64,000 nt of DNA from Candidatus Omnitrophota bacterium (GCA_043800345.1 JAZDNB010000030.1:91-64090); one strand, 5' to 3'; shown: positions 44,870-55,032, counted from the first letter of the stretch. The notes: generated from the letters alone by a model not told the origin. Numbers and translations: made by a program.

Positions 44870-45703
44870 TTATTTTTTTATACTATCTACTCTATCTTTC
44901 AGTTGTTTGACTAATTCATAGGGAACCTTTATAACTCCTATGGTTACGCCTTCTTTTCTATGTCCATGCCAATCAGAACCGCCCGTAACAAGAAGTTTAT
45001 GTTCAGCGGCAATTTTAAGATACCGTTTCGTGTCGGTAGATACGTGGTCGGGATGATAGACCTCTATCCCGTCGATTCCATAGTCAATCAAGCGGTATAA
45101 TAAGTGTATGTTGGATAGCGTGCCGGGGTGTGCGCATACGGCTATCCCGCCAGCTTTATGTATCATCGCAATCGTATCTTTTAAAGATAATTTAAATCCT
45201 CCGACATAACAAGGCGATGCGGCTCCTATATACTTTGTGAAGGCATCTTTGATATTAACAATATAGCCGCGGTTTAACATAACCTGTGCAATATGCAATC
45301 TTCCCACTGAACCGCACCCGCTTATCTTATATACGCTCTCAACATCAATTTTAATATTATGCTCGTTTAGTTTCTTTACCATCTTTTCTACGCGGTCAAT
45401 ACGGCACTGTCTTTGTTTTTCAAGCTCACTAAGAAACCATGGATTCTGCCAGTCTATGAAATATCCCAATATATGCACCTCGCTCGTATCTTCTTCAGCA
45501 CTTAATTCAACGGCAGGGATAAGCTCTATATCATAGGACTCTGCTATGGTAAGAGCTGACTCAATAGCATCTACGCTGTCATGGTCTGTGATAGCAATAG
45601 CTGAAAGCTTATGCTCGTGCGCCTGCTTAATAACTTCTTTCGGTGAGCATGTACCGTCAGAAAAGGTTGAATGGATGTGAAGATCTGCGAATTTCTGTAT
45701 CAT
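44870..45703 (-). CDS. PHP-domain phosphoesterase (TrpH/YciV-like) embedded in the riboflavin operon
   Basis: ADLHIHSTFSDGTCSP...IAITDHDSVDAI...HPG...GGSDWHG. Ends 3 nt before the ribD start. Confidence 0.75.
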   Translation of the reverse strand: MIQKFADLHIHSTFSDGTCSPKEVIKQAHEHKLSAIAITDHDSVDAIESALTIAESYDIELIPAVELSAEEDTSEVHILGYFIDWQNPWFLSELEKQRQCRIDRVEKMVKKLNEHNIKIDVESVYKISGCGSVGRLHIAQVMLNRGYIVNIKDAFTKYIGAASPCYVGGFKLSLKDTIAMIHKAGGIAVCAHPGTLSNIHLLYRLIDYGIDGIEVYHPDHVSTDTKRYLKIAAEHKLLVTGGSDWHGHRKEGVTIGVIKVPYELVKQLKDRVDSIKK

Positions 45704-45799
45704 AACGTGTCTGTGTGAGAGCTAAAAAGGTCATGATTACTACTCTTCCGATATGGAAGGGTCATTTTTAGGGTATCTATCAAAACAATGTGTAATGTG

Positions 45800-46222
45800 C
45801 TAAATCTTTTTCTGATTCTTCAATTCTTCTTTTGAGATTTTATCAAGTATGCCATTTACAAATTTTCCCGAGTTGTCATCTCCGAATTTTTTCGCCAGTT
45901 CAACCGCTTCATTTATTGCGACCTTTGCTGGAATATCTTCCATATACAGCAATTCATATGTTGCTAATCTTAAGATATTCCTGTCGACCACTGCCATCCT
46001 CCCAAGTTTCCAGTTTCGGGTATATTTGGCAATAAATATATCAATAACACTTGCGTATTTGGCAGTTCCTTCTACTATTTTTTTACAGTACGCCTTGATA
46101 TCGCTTGAGCCTTCGCAACTCATAAGAAAATCATCTACTGCATCCTGAGCGCAAGACCGCGTGATATCTATTTGATATAAAAGCTGAAGGGCATATTCGC
46201 GTGCTTTTGTACGTTTTCTCAT
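45800..46222 (-). CDS. nusB: Transcription antitermination factor NusB
   Basis: 140 aa (RTKAREYALQLLYQIDI...). Shows the canonical ribH-nusB adjacency. Confidence 0.9.
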   Translation of the reverse strand: MRKRTKAREYALQLLYQIDITRSCAQDAVDDFLMSCEGSSDIKAYCKKIVEGTAKYASVIDIFIAKYTRNWKLGRMAVVDRNILRLATYELLYMEDIPAKVAINEAVELAKKFGDDNSGKFVNGILDKISKEELKNQKKI

Positions 46223-46239
46223 TATTTCCCTGTGTCAGA

Positions 46240-46710
46240 CTATTTACCCAGCATAGAATCTAAATTTGCCATTTCAATTGCCGAGAGTGCAGCATCCGTA
46301 CCCTTATTACCATCTTTTGTACCTGCACGCTCAATCGCCTGTTCAATAGTATCGGCTGTTATGACGCCAAAAATTGTCGGCACTCCCGTTGCCATATTAG
46401 TATGGGCTATCCCCTTGGCAACTTCGGACGCAATATAATCAAAATGAGGAGTAGAACCCCTGATAATCGTTCCAAGACATATAACTGCATCAAAGTTTTT
46501 TTTCTTGGCAAATTTAAATGCTACAAGCGGCAGTTCGAATGCCCCGGGTACCCACGCTACTTCAATATCAGATTCCTTCACGCCATGCCTTAAGAGCGTA
46601 TTAATACAGGATTCGAGTAACCTTTTTGTGATAAAATCGTTAAATCGTGATGCCGCTATAGCAAATTTTTTATCTTTTGCTATCAAGTGAGCTTCATGCA
46701 CCTTAACCAT
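46240..46710 (-). CDS. ribH: 6,7-dimethyl-8-ribityllumazine synthase
   Basis: [18 protein letters not shown]...VPGAFELP...[14 protein letters not shown]. Confidence 0.95.
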   Translation of the reverse strand: MVKVHEAHLIAKDKKFAIAASRFNDFITKRLLESCINTLLRHGVKESDIEVAWVPGAFELPLVAFKFAKKKNFDAVICLGTIIRGSTPHFDYIASEVAKGIAHTNMATGVPTIFGVITADTIEQAIERAGTKDGNKGTDAALSAIEMANLDSMLGK

Positions 46711-46728
46711 ATGACACCTCCCCTTTTT

Positions 46729-47931
46729 TTATATATTTACTTTATTTAACGTATGGCCCAGTTTTATTTTTTTTACCTTGAGATAACGTCTATTCGTCTT
46801 ATTGGGTTTAACTTCAAGCGGAACCCTTTCGACAACTTTAAGGCCATACCCCTCTATTCCGACTATTTTTTGAGGATTATTAGTAAGAAGCCTGATGTGC
46901 CTGATACCGAGATCCACAAGTATCTGGGCACCTATACCATAATCCCGCAAGTCCGGCTTAAATCCAAGCGCCTCGTTTGCCTGAACCGTATCTAATCCTT
47001 TATCCTGTAAGGCATAGGCCTTAAGTTTATTGACAAGGCCTATGCCGCGACCTTCCTGGCGCATATACAACAGCACGCCGCTACCCTCTTTTGATAATTC
47101 CTTCATAGCAAGTTCTATCTGCTGACCACAATCGCAGCGTTGTGATTTAAAAACATCTCCGGTAAGGCACTCTGAGTGGACCCTCACCAGTACGGGTTCT
47201 CTCAGCTTATTGAGAACCAATGCGATGTGGTGCTCCTTATCAATAATAGACTCATAAAGAATTAAGATAAATTTGCCGTACATAGTCGGAAGATTCGTTT
47301 CGGCTATCCGCCGTATCAGTTTTTCTGATTTTCTTCTGTATTTTATAAGAGCGGCTATGGTACATATTTTAAGGGCGTGTTTTTTCGCAAATTCAATAAG
47401 CTGGGGTGTCCGTGCCATAGTTCCGTCTTCATTCATAATCTCACAAATAACCCCTGCCAGATAAAGCCCTGCTAAGTGCATAAGGTCAATTGATGCCTCC
47501 GTATGTCCGGCCCGTACCAGCACGCCGCCGTTGTGTGCTTTTAAAGGAAAGATATGACCCGGCTTTATAAAATCTTCTGGTTTAGTTTTAGGGTCTATCA
47601 AGACCTGTATGGTATGGGCTCTATCATGAGCCGATATTCCCGTAGTAACGCCATGCATCGCATCGACAGACATCATCCAGGCGGTGCCGTAAGGGTCTTT
47701 ATTTTCTTGTAACATCGGTTGCAGTTTCAATGTTTCGAGCCTATCGGATTCCATGGGGACACAGATAAGCCCTCTGCCGTGCTTTGCCATAAAATTAATA
47801 TCCGATGGCGTTACATATTCGGCCGCCATCACAAGATCACCTTCATTTTCCCGGTCCTCATCATCTATAACGATGACCATCCTACCTTTTTTTATATCTT
47901 TAATAATATCTTCTAAACAATTAAAGCTCAT
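46729..47931 (-). CDS. ribBA: Bifunctional 3,4-dihydroxy-2-butanone-4-phosphate synthase / GTP cyclohydrolase II
   Basis: [16 protein letters not shown] ... [14 protein letters not shown]. Confidence 0.95.
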   Translation of the reverse strand: MSFNCLEDIIKDIKKGRMVIVIDDEDRENEGDLVMAAEYVTPSDINFMAKHGRGLICVPMESDRLETLKLQPMLQENKDPYGTAWMMSVDAMHGVTTGISAHDRAHTIQVLIDPKTKPEDFIKPGHIFPLKAHNGGVLVRAGHTEASIDLMHLAGLYLAGVICEIMNEDGTMARTPQLIEFAKKHALKICTIAALIKYRRKSEKLIRRIAETNLPTMYGKFILILYESIIDKEHHIALVLNKLREPVLVRVHSECLTGDVFKSQRCDCGQQIELAMKELSKEGSGVLLYMRQEGRGIGLVNKLKAYALQDKGLDTVQANEALGFKPDLRDYGIGAQILVDLGIRHIRLLTNNPQKIVGIEGYGLKVVERVPLEVKPNKTNRRYLKVKKIKLGHTLNKVNI

Positions 47932-47941
47932 TTTTCAATCC

Positions 47942-47974
47942 AAAAAAAATTCCCGAAGGTTATCTTCGGGAATT
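47942..47974 (-). terminator. FMN riboswitch terminator (expression platform)
   Basis: Minus strand AATTCCCGAAG-ATAAC-CTTCGGGAATT followed by T8, about 10 nt before the ribBA ATG. Confidence 0.8.
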
Positions 47975-47994
47975 ATATTATAAAGTATACACCT

Positions 47995-48178
47995 AGTCTT
48001 ATCTTCTCCCCTCTAGACTTTACCGCACAGAAGCGGTTCTACAGTAATAGTAGAAACTATTGGCCCTGGAATTTCACCAGCTCTGTTCCGAAGAAATCTC
48101 GCTCACAAAATCTCTTCATTCGGAACTCGCAGGCTTTCACTGCCAGTCGGGAATTTCACCCGATCCCGAAGATTAGAG
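47995..48178 (-). promoter_or_regulatory. FMN riboswitch (RFN element)
   Basis: The minus strand carries CTTCGGGATCGGGTGAAATTCCCGACTGGCAGT, GCTGGTGAAATTCCAGGGCCAATAG and AGTCTAGAGGGGAGAAGATAAG, the hallmark RFN blocks. Located upstream of ribBA. Confidence 0.9.
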
Positions 48179-48182
48179 TATA

Positions 48183-48211
48183 ACTATAACAGCATAAAAT
48201 TACCTTGTCAA
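48183..48211 (-). promoter_or_regulatory. rib operon promoter
   Basis: Minus strand TTGACA (48211-48206), a 17-nt spacer, then TATAGT (48188-48183). The predicted start falls at the 5' edge of the riboswitch. Confidence 0.65.
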
Positions 48212-48232
48212 GGCAAAATTTCTTGATATAAT
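48205..48232 (+). promoter_or_regulatory. Plus-strand promoter sharing its -35 with the rib promoter
   Basis: TTGTCA (48205-48210), a 16-nt spacer, then TATAAT (48227-48232). The predicted start at ~48239 lies 2-3 nt before repeat copy 4. Confidence 0.5.
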
Positions 48233-48241
48233 ATCACACAG

Positions 48242-48359
48242 ATGAAGCTCCACGGCTTAACAGCCGTGGTTTTTGACTTTTCGGTCTCGTGCCATATGGC
48301 ACAGGCTCATGGAGCGGAATCCCGCCCGTCCCGCAAAGCGGGACTGGGTGCGGGACAAA
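48242..48359 (+). repeat. 118-bp three-hairpin repeat, copy 4
   Basis: Full-length copy. The linker is variant (TTTTTGAC) and the element ends GGGACAAA instead of GGGATAAA. Confidence 0.95.
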
Positions 48360-48444
48360 AGAAGAAAATTTTTTAGGTGCACTGAAGATCAACTCTAGGG
48401 AAGTATAATTATCCCGCATCAAAATAGAGGAAGCATACAAGCAT

Positions 48445-49599
48445 ATGGAAAATAATCTGGATAGGTCAAAGGCAGGCCTTATTGTGCTCTATGAAATCTC
48501 TTGTGCAATGAGAACCACGCTTAAACTAGAACACATACTTTATATTATACTCACCGGTGTTACATCGCATGAGGGACTTGGGTTTAACAGGGCAATGCTA
48601 TTTCTGGTTAACGAAGACGAAAACTTGCTTGAGGGAAAAATGGGGATTGGCCCTGATACCGGGGAAGATGCAAAAAATATATGGCAGCAGATAGAGGCCG
48701 ATAAAATGACGCTCGAGGACTTGATAACCGCATATGACAGGCTTAAGGCACAAACCGATCCCCAGCTTAATAATCTGGTAAAAAGTATTAAAATACCCTT
48801 GAATGAGAGTTCCGGCATCCTTGCATTAACCGCTCTTGAAGGAATGCCCTTTGAAATAAGCGAGGATATCTCGAAAGAAAAGGTTGACGATGCTACGCTA
48901 AGGATGCTCCAGGTAACCGAATTCGTAACGGTCCCCTTAAAGGCAAAAGACAAGGTAATAGGGGTCATACTTGCCGATAACTTATATACAAAACAACCCA
49001 TCGCCAAGGAAGATGTAAAACTTCTTACTATGTTTGCAAATCAAGCAGGTCTTGCTATAGAAAATTCGCGGCTTTATGAACAGACGGTATTTCTATCAAA
49101 CGTTGACTCTTTAACCGGGCTCTTTAACCACGGGTATTTTCAGACGACTTTAAGTAAAAAACTCAAAGAAGCCGAATCGGAAAATAAACCGCTTTCACTT
49201 ATAATGTGCGATATAGATTTTTTTAAAAATTTTAACGATTCACTCGGTCATCAAAGCGGAGACAAGGTCTTAGCCAGGGTAGCATATCTCATTAAACATT
49301 CACTGCGGGAGACCGACATCGCCACGCGGTACGGAGGAGAAGAATTTGCCGTTATCTTACCCGATACTGACACAGAAGAAGCATATCGCTTAGCTGAGAG
49401 AATAAGAAATACCGTTGAAAAACACAATATTATAAACCCGGATAACCCTTCTATAAAGGCACCTACCATTAGTGCCGGTATCGCCAGTTTCCCGAAGGAT
49501 GCGCGCATGAAAGAAGAACTTATAAAGGCAGCTGATAGTGCGCTCTATAAAGCTAAAGAATTCGGAAGAAACAAAATAATTTGTTTTAGTAGTCAGTGA
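48445..49599 (+). CDS. GAF-domain diguanylate cyclase (GGDEF)
   Basis: 384 aa with an N-terminal GAF-like domain and a C-terminal RYGGEEFAVILPDT active site with DSLTGLFNH. Confidence 0.9.
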   Translation: MENNLDRSKAGLIVLYEISCAMRTTLKLEHILYIILTGVTSHEGLGFNRAMLFLVNEDENLLEGKMGIGPDTGEDAKNIWQQIEADKMTLEDLITAYDRLKAQTDPQLNNLVKSIKIPLNESSGILALTALEGMPFEISEDISKEKVDDATLRMLQVTEFVTVPLKAKDKVIGVILADNLYTKQPIAKEDVKLLTMFANQAGLAIENSRLYEQTVFLSNVDSLTGLFNHGYFQTTLSKKLKEAESENKPLSLIMCDIDFFKNFNDSLGHQSGDKVLARVAYLIKHSLRETDIATRYGGEEFAVILPDTDTEEAYRLAERIRNTVEKHNIINPDNPSIKAPTISAGIASFPKDARMKEELIKAADSALYKAKEFGRNKIICFSSQ

Positions 49600-49616
49600 A
49601 AAATTACCGTGAGAGG

Positions 49617-49988
49617 CTATTTTTTCAGGATGTGATCATCCGCGGTACCTTTTTCCCCGTCTAACCCCGCACCAATACTACAGGTAGGATCAGTTCCTAT
49701 GCAATTATAAGTGTAGGTACCGCCAGCCGGACAGACCGGAGTTCCTCCTTTTATATATGCCTCTATCTCCATAATATCATCTGGCAGGGGAATTGCTTTC
49801 GATATATCACTTCCCATTGCCCATTGTTCTTTAGCAAAGGCTATCGAATGTAAATTTTCAACACAGATACGGGCATCTTTAAATACCTTGGCTTTTTTAA
49901 AATGCGGTAGAGAGATAAGCGTCAATGTCCCGAGGATTACCGCAATCATTGCTGCCTCAATATATACAAGAAAATTTTTATTATCCAT
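49617..49988 (-). CDS. Pilin/pseudopilin-like protein with an atypical N-terminus
   Basis: NFLVYIEAAMIAVILGTLTLISLPHFKKAKVFKDARICVENL resembles a type IV pilin N-terminal helix but lacks the canonical G-1 / E+5 arrangement. Confidence 0.5.
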   Translation of the reverse strand: MDNKNFLVYIEAAMIAVILGTLTLISLPHFKKAKVFKDARICVENLHSIAFAKEQWAMGSDISKAIPLPDDIMEIEAYIKGGTPVCPAGGTYTYNCIGTDPTCSIGAGLDGEKGTADDHILKK

Positions 49989-50055
49989 TTAGGGCTCGTA
50001 CTAAATATCCGTGATACCTGATTATCTAAATACCTATGAGCGCTTTATTAAATCT

Positions 50056-50173
50056 ATGAAGCTCCACGGCTTAACAGCCGTGGTTTCTTGCTTTTCGGTC
50101 TCGTGCCATATGGCACAGGCTCATGGAGCGGAATCCCGCTCGTCCCGCAAAGCGGGACTGGGTGCGGGATAAA
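50056..50173 (+). repeat. 118-bp three-hairpin repeat, copy 5
   Basis: Full-length copy between the smc stop and the pilin-like gene start. Carries a single stem change, C85T. Confidence 0.95.
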
Positions 50174-50224
50174 TAAAATGTATGAAGTAGCCGGATAAAA
50201 AGATACTGACACATATGCCATATA

Positions 50225-53200
50225 TTATGTGACGGTTTCTTTGAGGGGTTCTTTCTGATGAGGTTTTCTATCGCCGAATTTTACCGATACGATTTGAGAA
50301 ATACCTGACTCCTCCATGGTAATCCCATACATCACATCTGCGGTAGTAATAGTCTTCTTATTATGAGTAATGATTATAAACTGCGACATCTTAACAAAGT
50401 CTTGAAGCACTTTACTAAAACGGTCTACATTGGACTCATCAAGCGGTGCGTCTATTTCATCAAGTACACAGAAGGGACTTGGTTTTACTTTAAAAATTGC
50501 AAAAAGAAGGGCAATGGCGGTTAATGCCTTTTCGCCGCCTGATAATAACGATATATTCTGCAGTCTCTTCCCTGGGGGTCGTGCTACTATTTCAATACCG
50601 CTTTCCAGTACATCTTCGCTGTCAATAAGTAAAAGTTCTGCATCCCCTCCACCAAAAAGCAACCTAACAAAATTCCTGAATTCTAGCTGTATCTTCCGGA
50701 ATGTTTCCATAAAGAGGTCTTTGGTAGTTTTGTTTATTTTGGCTATCGCCTTAAGAAGGGAATCTTTTGCATTTACAAGATCCTGTCTTTGGCTTTCAAG
50801 AAAATTATACCGCTCCAGAAGTTCCTTATGTTCCTCAATAGCTACAAGATTCACCGTACCCATAGATTCAAGTTTTGCCTTTAGGGTTTCTATCTGAGCG
50901 ATTGTATGCTCTTTATCAAAATGTTCGTCTATTGTATCAAGCACCAGTTCTGTTTTATATACTTCATTTATACGATTTTTCATATTTTCGCATCGTAAAT
51001 TCAACTGTGCAAGCTCTACCTCAATACCCTGCAATCTCTTACGTAGGGAATCAATCTCTGTTTCTTTAGACGTAAGAGAATCTTTTAAAGAAACTATTTC
51101 TGAACTCATATATTCCCGCAGAGAGACCTTTGCGGTTAAATCTTCACTTAACCTGGAAGTTGTCTTGGTTATGTGCTCATTATAGTGAGTAAATTCCTCT
51201 ATTTCCTTTTTTAAAATCCCTAATTTGTTATTATATTCGACTGCCGCCTGCGTTTTTAACTCCTGCGTAGTCATCTGCTCTGAAAAATCGAGTTTTAATT
51301 TTTCAAGTCTATCCCTGCGACTGCTTTCCCTGTCTGATACATTGCCAAGTATGGTTCTATCTTCTGTAAGCTGAAGCAAGAGCCGCTCTTTTTCTTTTAA
51401 ATTTTGTTCTATCACTCCTTGCAAATTCTGCAGCGTATGCTCCGAATCTTTTTGCCGGCTTTCCGTCTGAAGGAGCACCGTTTGGTCGCTTAGCTCTTTT
51501 TTCTTAAGCGCTTCTTCCTCTTCTATAATTTCCTCTATCTCTAAATTCACAAGAGAGAGTTCTTCTTTAAGTCTTTCCATGCCCGCAGTTATATTTTCAT
51601 GTTCTTTTTCCTTGGTGAGAAATCTTTGAGACTCTCTTTTTAAATTCTCTTCTTCCGCTTGCAGCGCGGTGCGTAATACTTCTTGTTCCTGCTTAGCCTT
51701 TAATTGCTCTTCTTCCAATATCCCGTTTTCTCTCTTAAGTTGGGTAATAAGCTCAGACAATTCCTTAATCTTTGATTCGCGCGCCAGGATGCTCGTATCT
51801 TCGGTAATAGCCGCATAACCTGCCGATATAAACCCAAATTCAACCATTTCCTTTTGTTCGGTTATAAATTTGGTATGCTTATCTTTACAAAGGGCGAGTG
51901 CCGTATCAATGTCTTTTACTAGGTAAGCATTTCCTAACAAATGCTGTATTAAATTATCAAGTCTTTCTTCGTTCTTAACAAGGCTCAAGATGGGTACTGT
52001 CGTCGCATTGTCGTACGGGAAAGACGGCTCTAGAGGGCCGGTAAAGGTGCTGAGTATAAGAAACTTTGCAAAGCCGACTTGTTTATCTTTTAAAAAATCA
52101 ATAAGCCTTTTGGCATCTTCTTCTTTTTCAACCACGATAGCTTCAAAGTTACCGCCAAGCGCACGTTCTACTATAAGTTCAAAATTTCTCTTTGGCTCGA
52201 TAATCTCAGAAAGTACGCCGAGAACTCCGCGCGAATTAAGTGCCCCTGTCTGGAGTGCCTCAAGAAGAATCTTCGTACCGGCAGAAAAACCCTCATGTCT
52301 TTTTTTAAGATCAAGCAAAAACTCAATCTTAGATTCATACCCTGCGAGCTTCGTATTATTCTTATTAAGGGAGGTTTCTCTATCTCTGATCTCTGCCTCT
52401 CGCGCATTGTTTTTTCCCTGAACTTGACCGCAGGCATCTTCAATTCCTTTGACCAGTTTCTTTAGTTCGGCGAGTTCTGCCAAAGATATGTTGAACCTGC
52501 CTTCCAATGCTGCGTATTCCTTAGATACATTTTCTTTTTCAATATTAAGGCGTCTGCGACGAGACGAAATATTCTGCAGGTTTGCCGTTAACTTCACAAG
52601 CTCATTTTTCACATTGGCATGTTGTGCGCTCAGCTCTAACAGAGAGGTCTTATCGTACACTATTTTTTCTGTACTTTGTTTAATCAGAATATTTGTTTCG
52701 CTGAGCTTACGTTCATTTTCTAAAACTTTCTGCTGTTTCTCTTGCTTTTCATCAATAATTTTCTGGAGTTCTTCCGCTGCTTTTTGCGTTTCGGATTCCA
52801 ACACCCCTATTTTATCTTGTATGGAGGTAACTTCATTTTCTATCGTAGCAATGTTAGCCATATATTCGGCTATTCTTTCCTGGTTACTTGAAATTTTATT
52901 TATATTCAGCGTATACTGGTTTTGAATATTGAGGTCCTCTCTTTCGATAGTATCAATTTCTTTCTCCAAATTTGCAAAATCAGCGTTGAGTGATTCGGCA
53001 TTCTTTTTTAGCTCGCCGTATGCACCTTCGGCCTGGGAGGTTACTTCTAAAAGACTTTTCAGCTCATCTTCCAGCTTTACTTTCTGGCCAGAAAGTTTCA
53101 TATATTCATAGGAACCCACTTTCACTTCAAGATTTTTCAGTTCTTCAAACCTTCCTTTATACACTTCGGCTTTTTTAGCCTGACGTTCGATAGAATTTAT

Positions 53201-53803
53201 CTGGCGCTTTACTTCCGTTATGATGTCATTTATCCGCAGGAGATTTTGTTCGGTCTGTTCTAATTTTCGCAATGCCTCTTTCTTTTTTGATTTATATTTT
53301 GTTATACCCGATGCCTCTTCAAAAACAAAACGCCTTTCTTCGGGTTTAGAGCTTAGGATAAGGTCTATCTTACCTTGTTCAATAAGCGAATATGCCTCTG
53401 TCCCGATACCCGTACCCATCAAAAGCTCATTTACATCTTTAAGTCTCACAAGGGTTTTATTAATAAGGTATTCCGACTCTCCTGAGCGGAAAAGTCTTCT
53501 CGTAATCATGACCTCATCAAAATCAATAGGCAGTATTCTTTCTTCGTTTGAAAGGGTAAACGAAACTTCCGCAAAATTTAAAGCATCTTTGGTATCGGTG
53601 CCGTTAAATATTATATCTTCCATGCTCGAACTTCTCAGTGCCTTTACGGATTGTTCTCCCAAAACCCACCGTATCGCATCGGCAATATTGCTTTTGCCGC
53701 ATCCATTCGGACCAACAATGGCAGTCACTCCGGGTTCAAACATAAGCTCTGTCCGCCCGGCAAAACTCTTAAATCCAAAAAGTTCTAACTTTTTAAAATA
53801 CAT
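50225..53803 (-). CDS. smc: Chromosome partition protein Smc
   Basis: 1192 aa with Walker A GPNGCGKSNI, long coiled coils, a hinge, the signature LSGGEKALTA and Walker B CVLDEIDAPLD. Confidence 0.95.
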   Translation of the reverse strand: MYFKKLELFGFKSFAGRTELMFEPGVTAIVGPNGCGKSNIADAIRWVLGEQSVKALRSSSMEDIIFNGTDTKDALNFAEVSFTLSNEERILPIDFDEVMITRRLFRSGESEYLINKTLVRLKDVNELLMGTGIGTEAYSLIEQGKIDLILSSKPEERRFVFEEASGITKYKSKKKEALRKLEQTEQNLLRINDIITEVKRQINSIERQAKKAEVYKGRFEELKNLEVKVGSYEYMKLSGQKVKLEDELKSLLEVTSQAEGAYGELKKNAESLNADFANLEKEIDTIEREDLNIQNQYTLNINKISSNQERIAEYMANIATIENEVTSIQDKIGVLESETQKAAEELQKIIDEKQEKQQKVLENERKLSETNILIKQSTEKIVYDKTSLLELSAQHANVKNELVKLTANLQNISSRRRRLNIEKENVSKEYAALEGRFNISLAELAELKKLVKGIEDACGQVQGKNNAREAEIRDRETSLNKNNTKLAGYESKIEFLLDLKKRHEGFSAGTKILLEALQTGALNSRGVLGVLSEIIEPKRNFELIVERALGGNFEAIVVEKEEDAKRLIDFLKDKQVGFAKFLILSTFTGPLEPSFPYDNATTVPILSLVKNEERLDNLIQHLLGNAYLVKDIDTALALCKDKHTKFITEQKEMVEFGFISAGYAAITEDTSILARESKIKELSELITQLKRENGILEEEQLKAKQEQEVLRTALQAEEENLKRESQRFLTKEKEHENITAGMERLKEELSLVNLEIEEIIEEEEALKKKELSDQTVLLQTESRQKDSEHTLQNLQGVIEQNLKEKERLLLQLTEDRTILGNVSDRESSRRDRLEKLKLDFSEQMTTQELKTQAAVEYNNKLGILKKEIEEFTHYNEHITKTTSRLSEDLTAKVSLREYMSSEIVSLKDSLTSKETEIDSLRKRLQGIEVELAQLNLRCENMKNRINEVYKTELVLDTIDEHFDKEHTIAQIETLKAKLESMGTVNLVAIEEHKELLERYNFLESQRQDLVNAKDSLLKAIAKINKTTKDLFMETFRKIQLEFRNFVRLLFGGGDAELLLIDSEDVLESGIEIVARPPGKRLQNISLLSGGEKALTAIALLFAIFKVKPSPFCVLDEIDAPLDESNVDRFSKVLQDFVKMSQFIIITHNKKTITTADVMYGITMEESGISQIVSVKFGDRKPHQKEPLKETVT

Positions 53804-53807
53804 GGTA

Positions 53808-55013
53808 TTATTTTTTAAGTATCTCTTTATATTTCTTGGTAAGCGCAGGGACTACCTCAAAAAGGTCACCCACAATACCGTATGTGGCGACTTTAAATAT
53901 CGGCGCATATGGGTCTTTATTTATCGCAACGATGATATCTGAGGACTGCATCCCCGCAAGATGCTGAATCTGACCGGAGATACCGCAGGCAATATATAAT
54001 TTCGGACAGACGGTTTTACCGGTTTGGCCTACCTGATGGGAATAAGGTATCCATCCGCTATCAACCGCAGAACGCGATGCACCCACTGCTCCCCCCAGCA
54101 CCAATGCAAGTTCCTGTAGTAAGGTAAAATTTTCCGCTTTCTGTAACCCCCTGCCGCCGGATACTATGATATCCGCCTCGGCAAGGTTTACGGTAGATTC
54201 GAGTTCTTCTATTATATTCAATAATTTTGTCCGAGCGGCATATGTCCTATCGGGATATTTCTTTATAATAACGTCGCCCTTCCTGCCATGGACAAAGAGG
54301 GCCTCTTTCATAACTTTATGCCGTACCGTTGCCATCTGAGGACGAACGTTGGGGCATATAATAGTTGCCATAATATTTCCGCCGAATGCAGGTCTCGTTT
54401 GAAGCAAAAGCTTCTTTTCTGAATCTATGTCAAGTCCGGTACAGTCAGCGGTGAGACCCGTACCAAGCGTTACCGCAACGCGGGAAATAAGACTCCTGCC
54501 CATAGAGGTCGCTCCGCAGAGTAAAATCTCGGGTTTATATTCTTTTATAAGATTTACAAGGGCACTCGTATAAGGTTCATCTAAATAGTTCTTAAGCAGT
54601 GGTGAGTCAATGACGTATACTTTATCGGCACCCCGGCCTATAAGTTCATCGGCCAGACTACTCACCTTATCCCCAAGCAATACCGCACCCAGATGTACCT
54701 TAAGCTTATCAGCAAGTTTTCTTCCTTCGCCCAACAATTCATAAGAAATAGACTGTATGACGGATTTTTTCTGCTCGCAAAATACCCATATATCCTTATA
54801 CGCACTTATATCTTTTTGTGTTTCTATTTCTTTTACCAGTATAATTGCCTTAAATTTACAACTTTCGACACAGGCGCCGCAGAGCGTACATTTTTCTAAA
54901 TCGATTACGGCGAGTTTATCGGTCATTCTGATTGCATCAAAGGGACATGCCTTAATACACAAGGTGCAACCCGCACATTTTTCTTTTACCACTCTAATAT
55001 TTTCAAGAGTCAT
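53808..55013 (-). CDS. etfA: Electron transfer flavoprotein alpha subunit with an N-terminal 2x[4Fe-4S] ferredoxin domain
   Basis: CAGCTLCIKACP and CTLCGACVESC cluster motifs are followed by the EtfA core (..GASRSAVDSGW..QVGQTGK..). Confidence 0.85.
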   Translation of the reverse strand: MTLENIRVVKEKCAGCTLCIKACPFDAIRMTDKLAVIDLEKCTLCGACVESCKFKAIILVKEIETQKDISAYKDIWVFCEQKKSVIQSISYELLGEGRKLADKLKVHLGAVLLGDKVSSLADELIGRGADKVYVIDSPLLKNYLDEPYTSALVNLIKEYKPEILLCGATSMGRSLISRVAVTLGTGLTADCTGLDIDSEKKLLLQTRPAFGGNIMATIICPNVRPQMATVRHKVMKEALFVHGRKGDVIIKKYPDRTYAARTKLLNIIEELESTVNLAEADIIVSGGRGLQKAENFTLLQELALVLGGAVGASRSAVDSGWIPYSHQVGQTGKTVCPKLYIACGISGQIQHLAGMQSSDIIVAINKDPYAPIFKVATYGIVGDLFEVVPALTKKYKEILKK

Positions 55014-55032
55014 ATAGTGTACGCCTCAAATT

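Noticed and set aside
52171-52443. Same-strand alternative-frame ORFs inside large genes (52171-52443 within smc, 60890-61096 within the 1164-aa gene).
   Set aside because: They overlap the conserved reading frame of a recognised gene and have no independent support.
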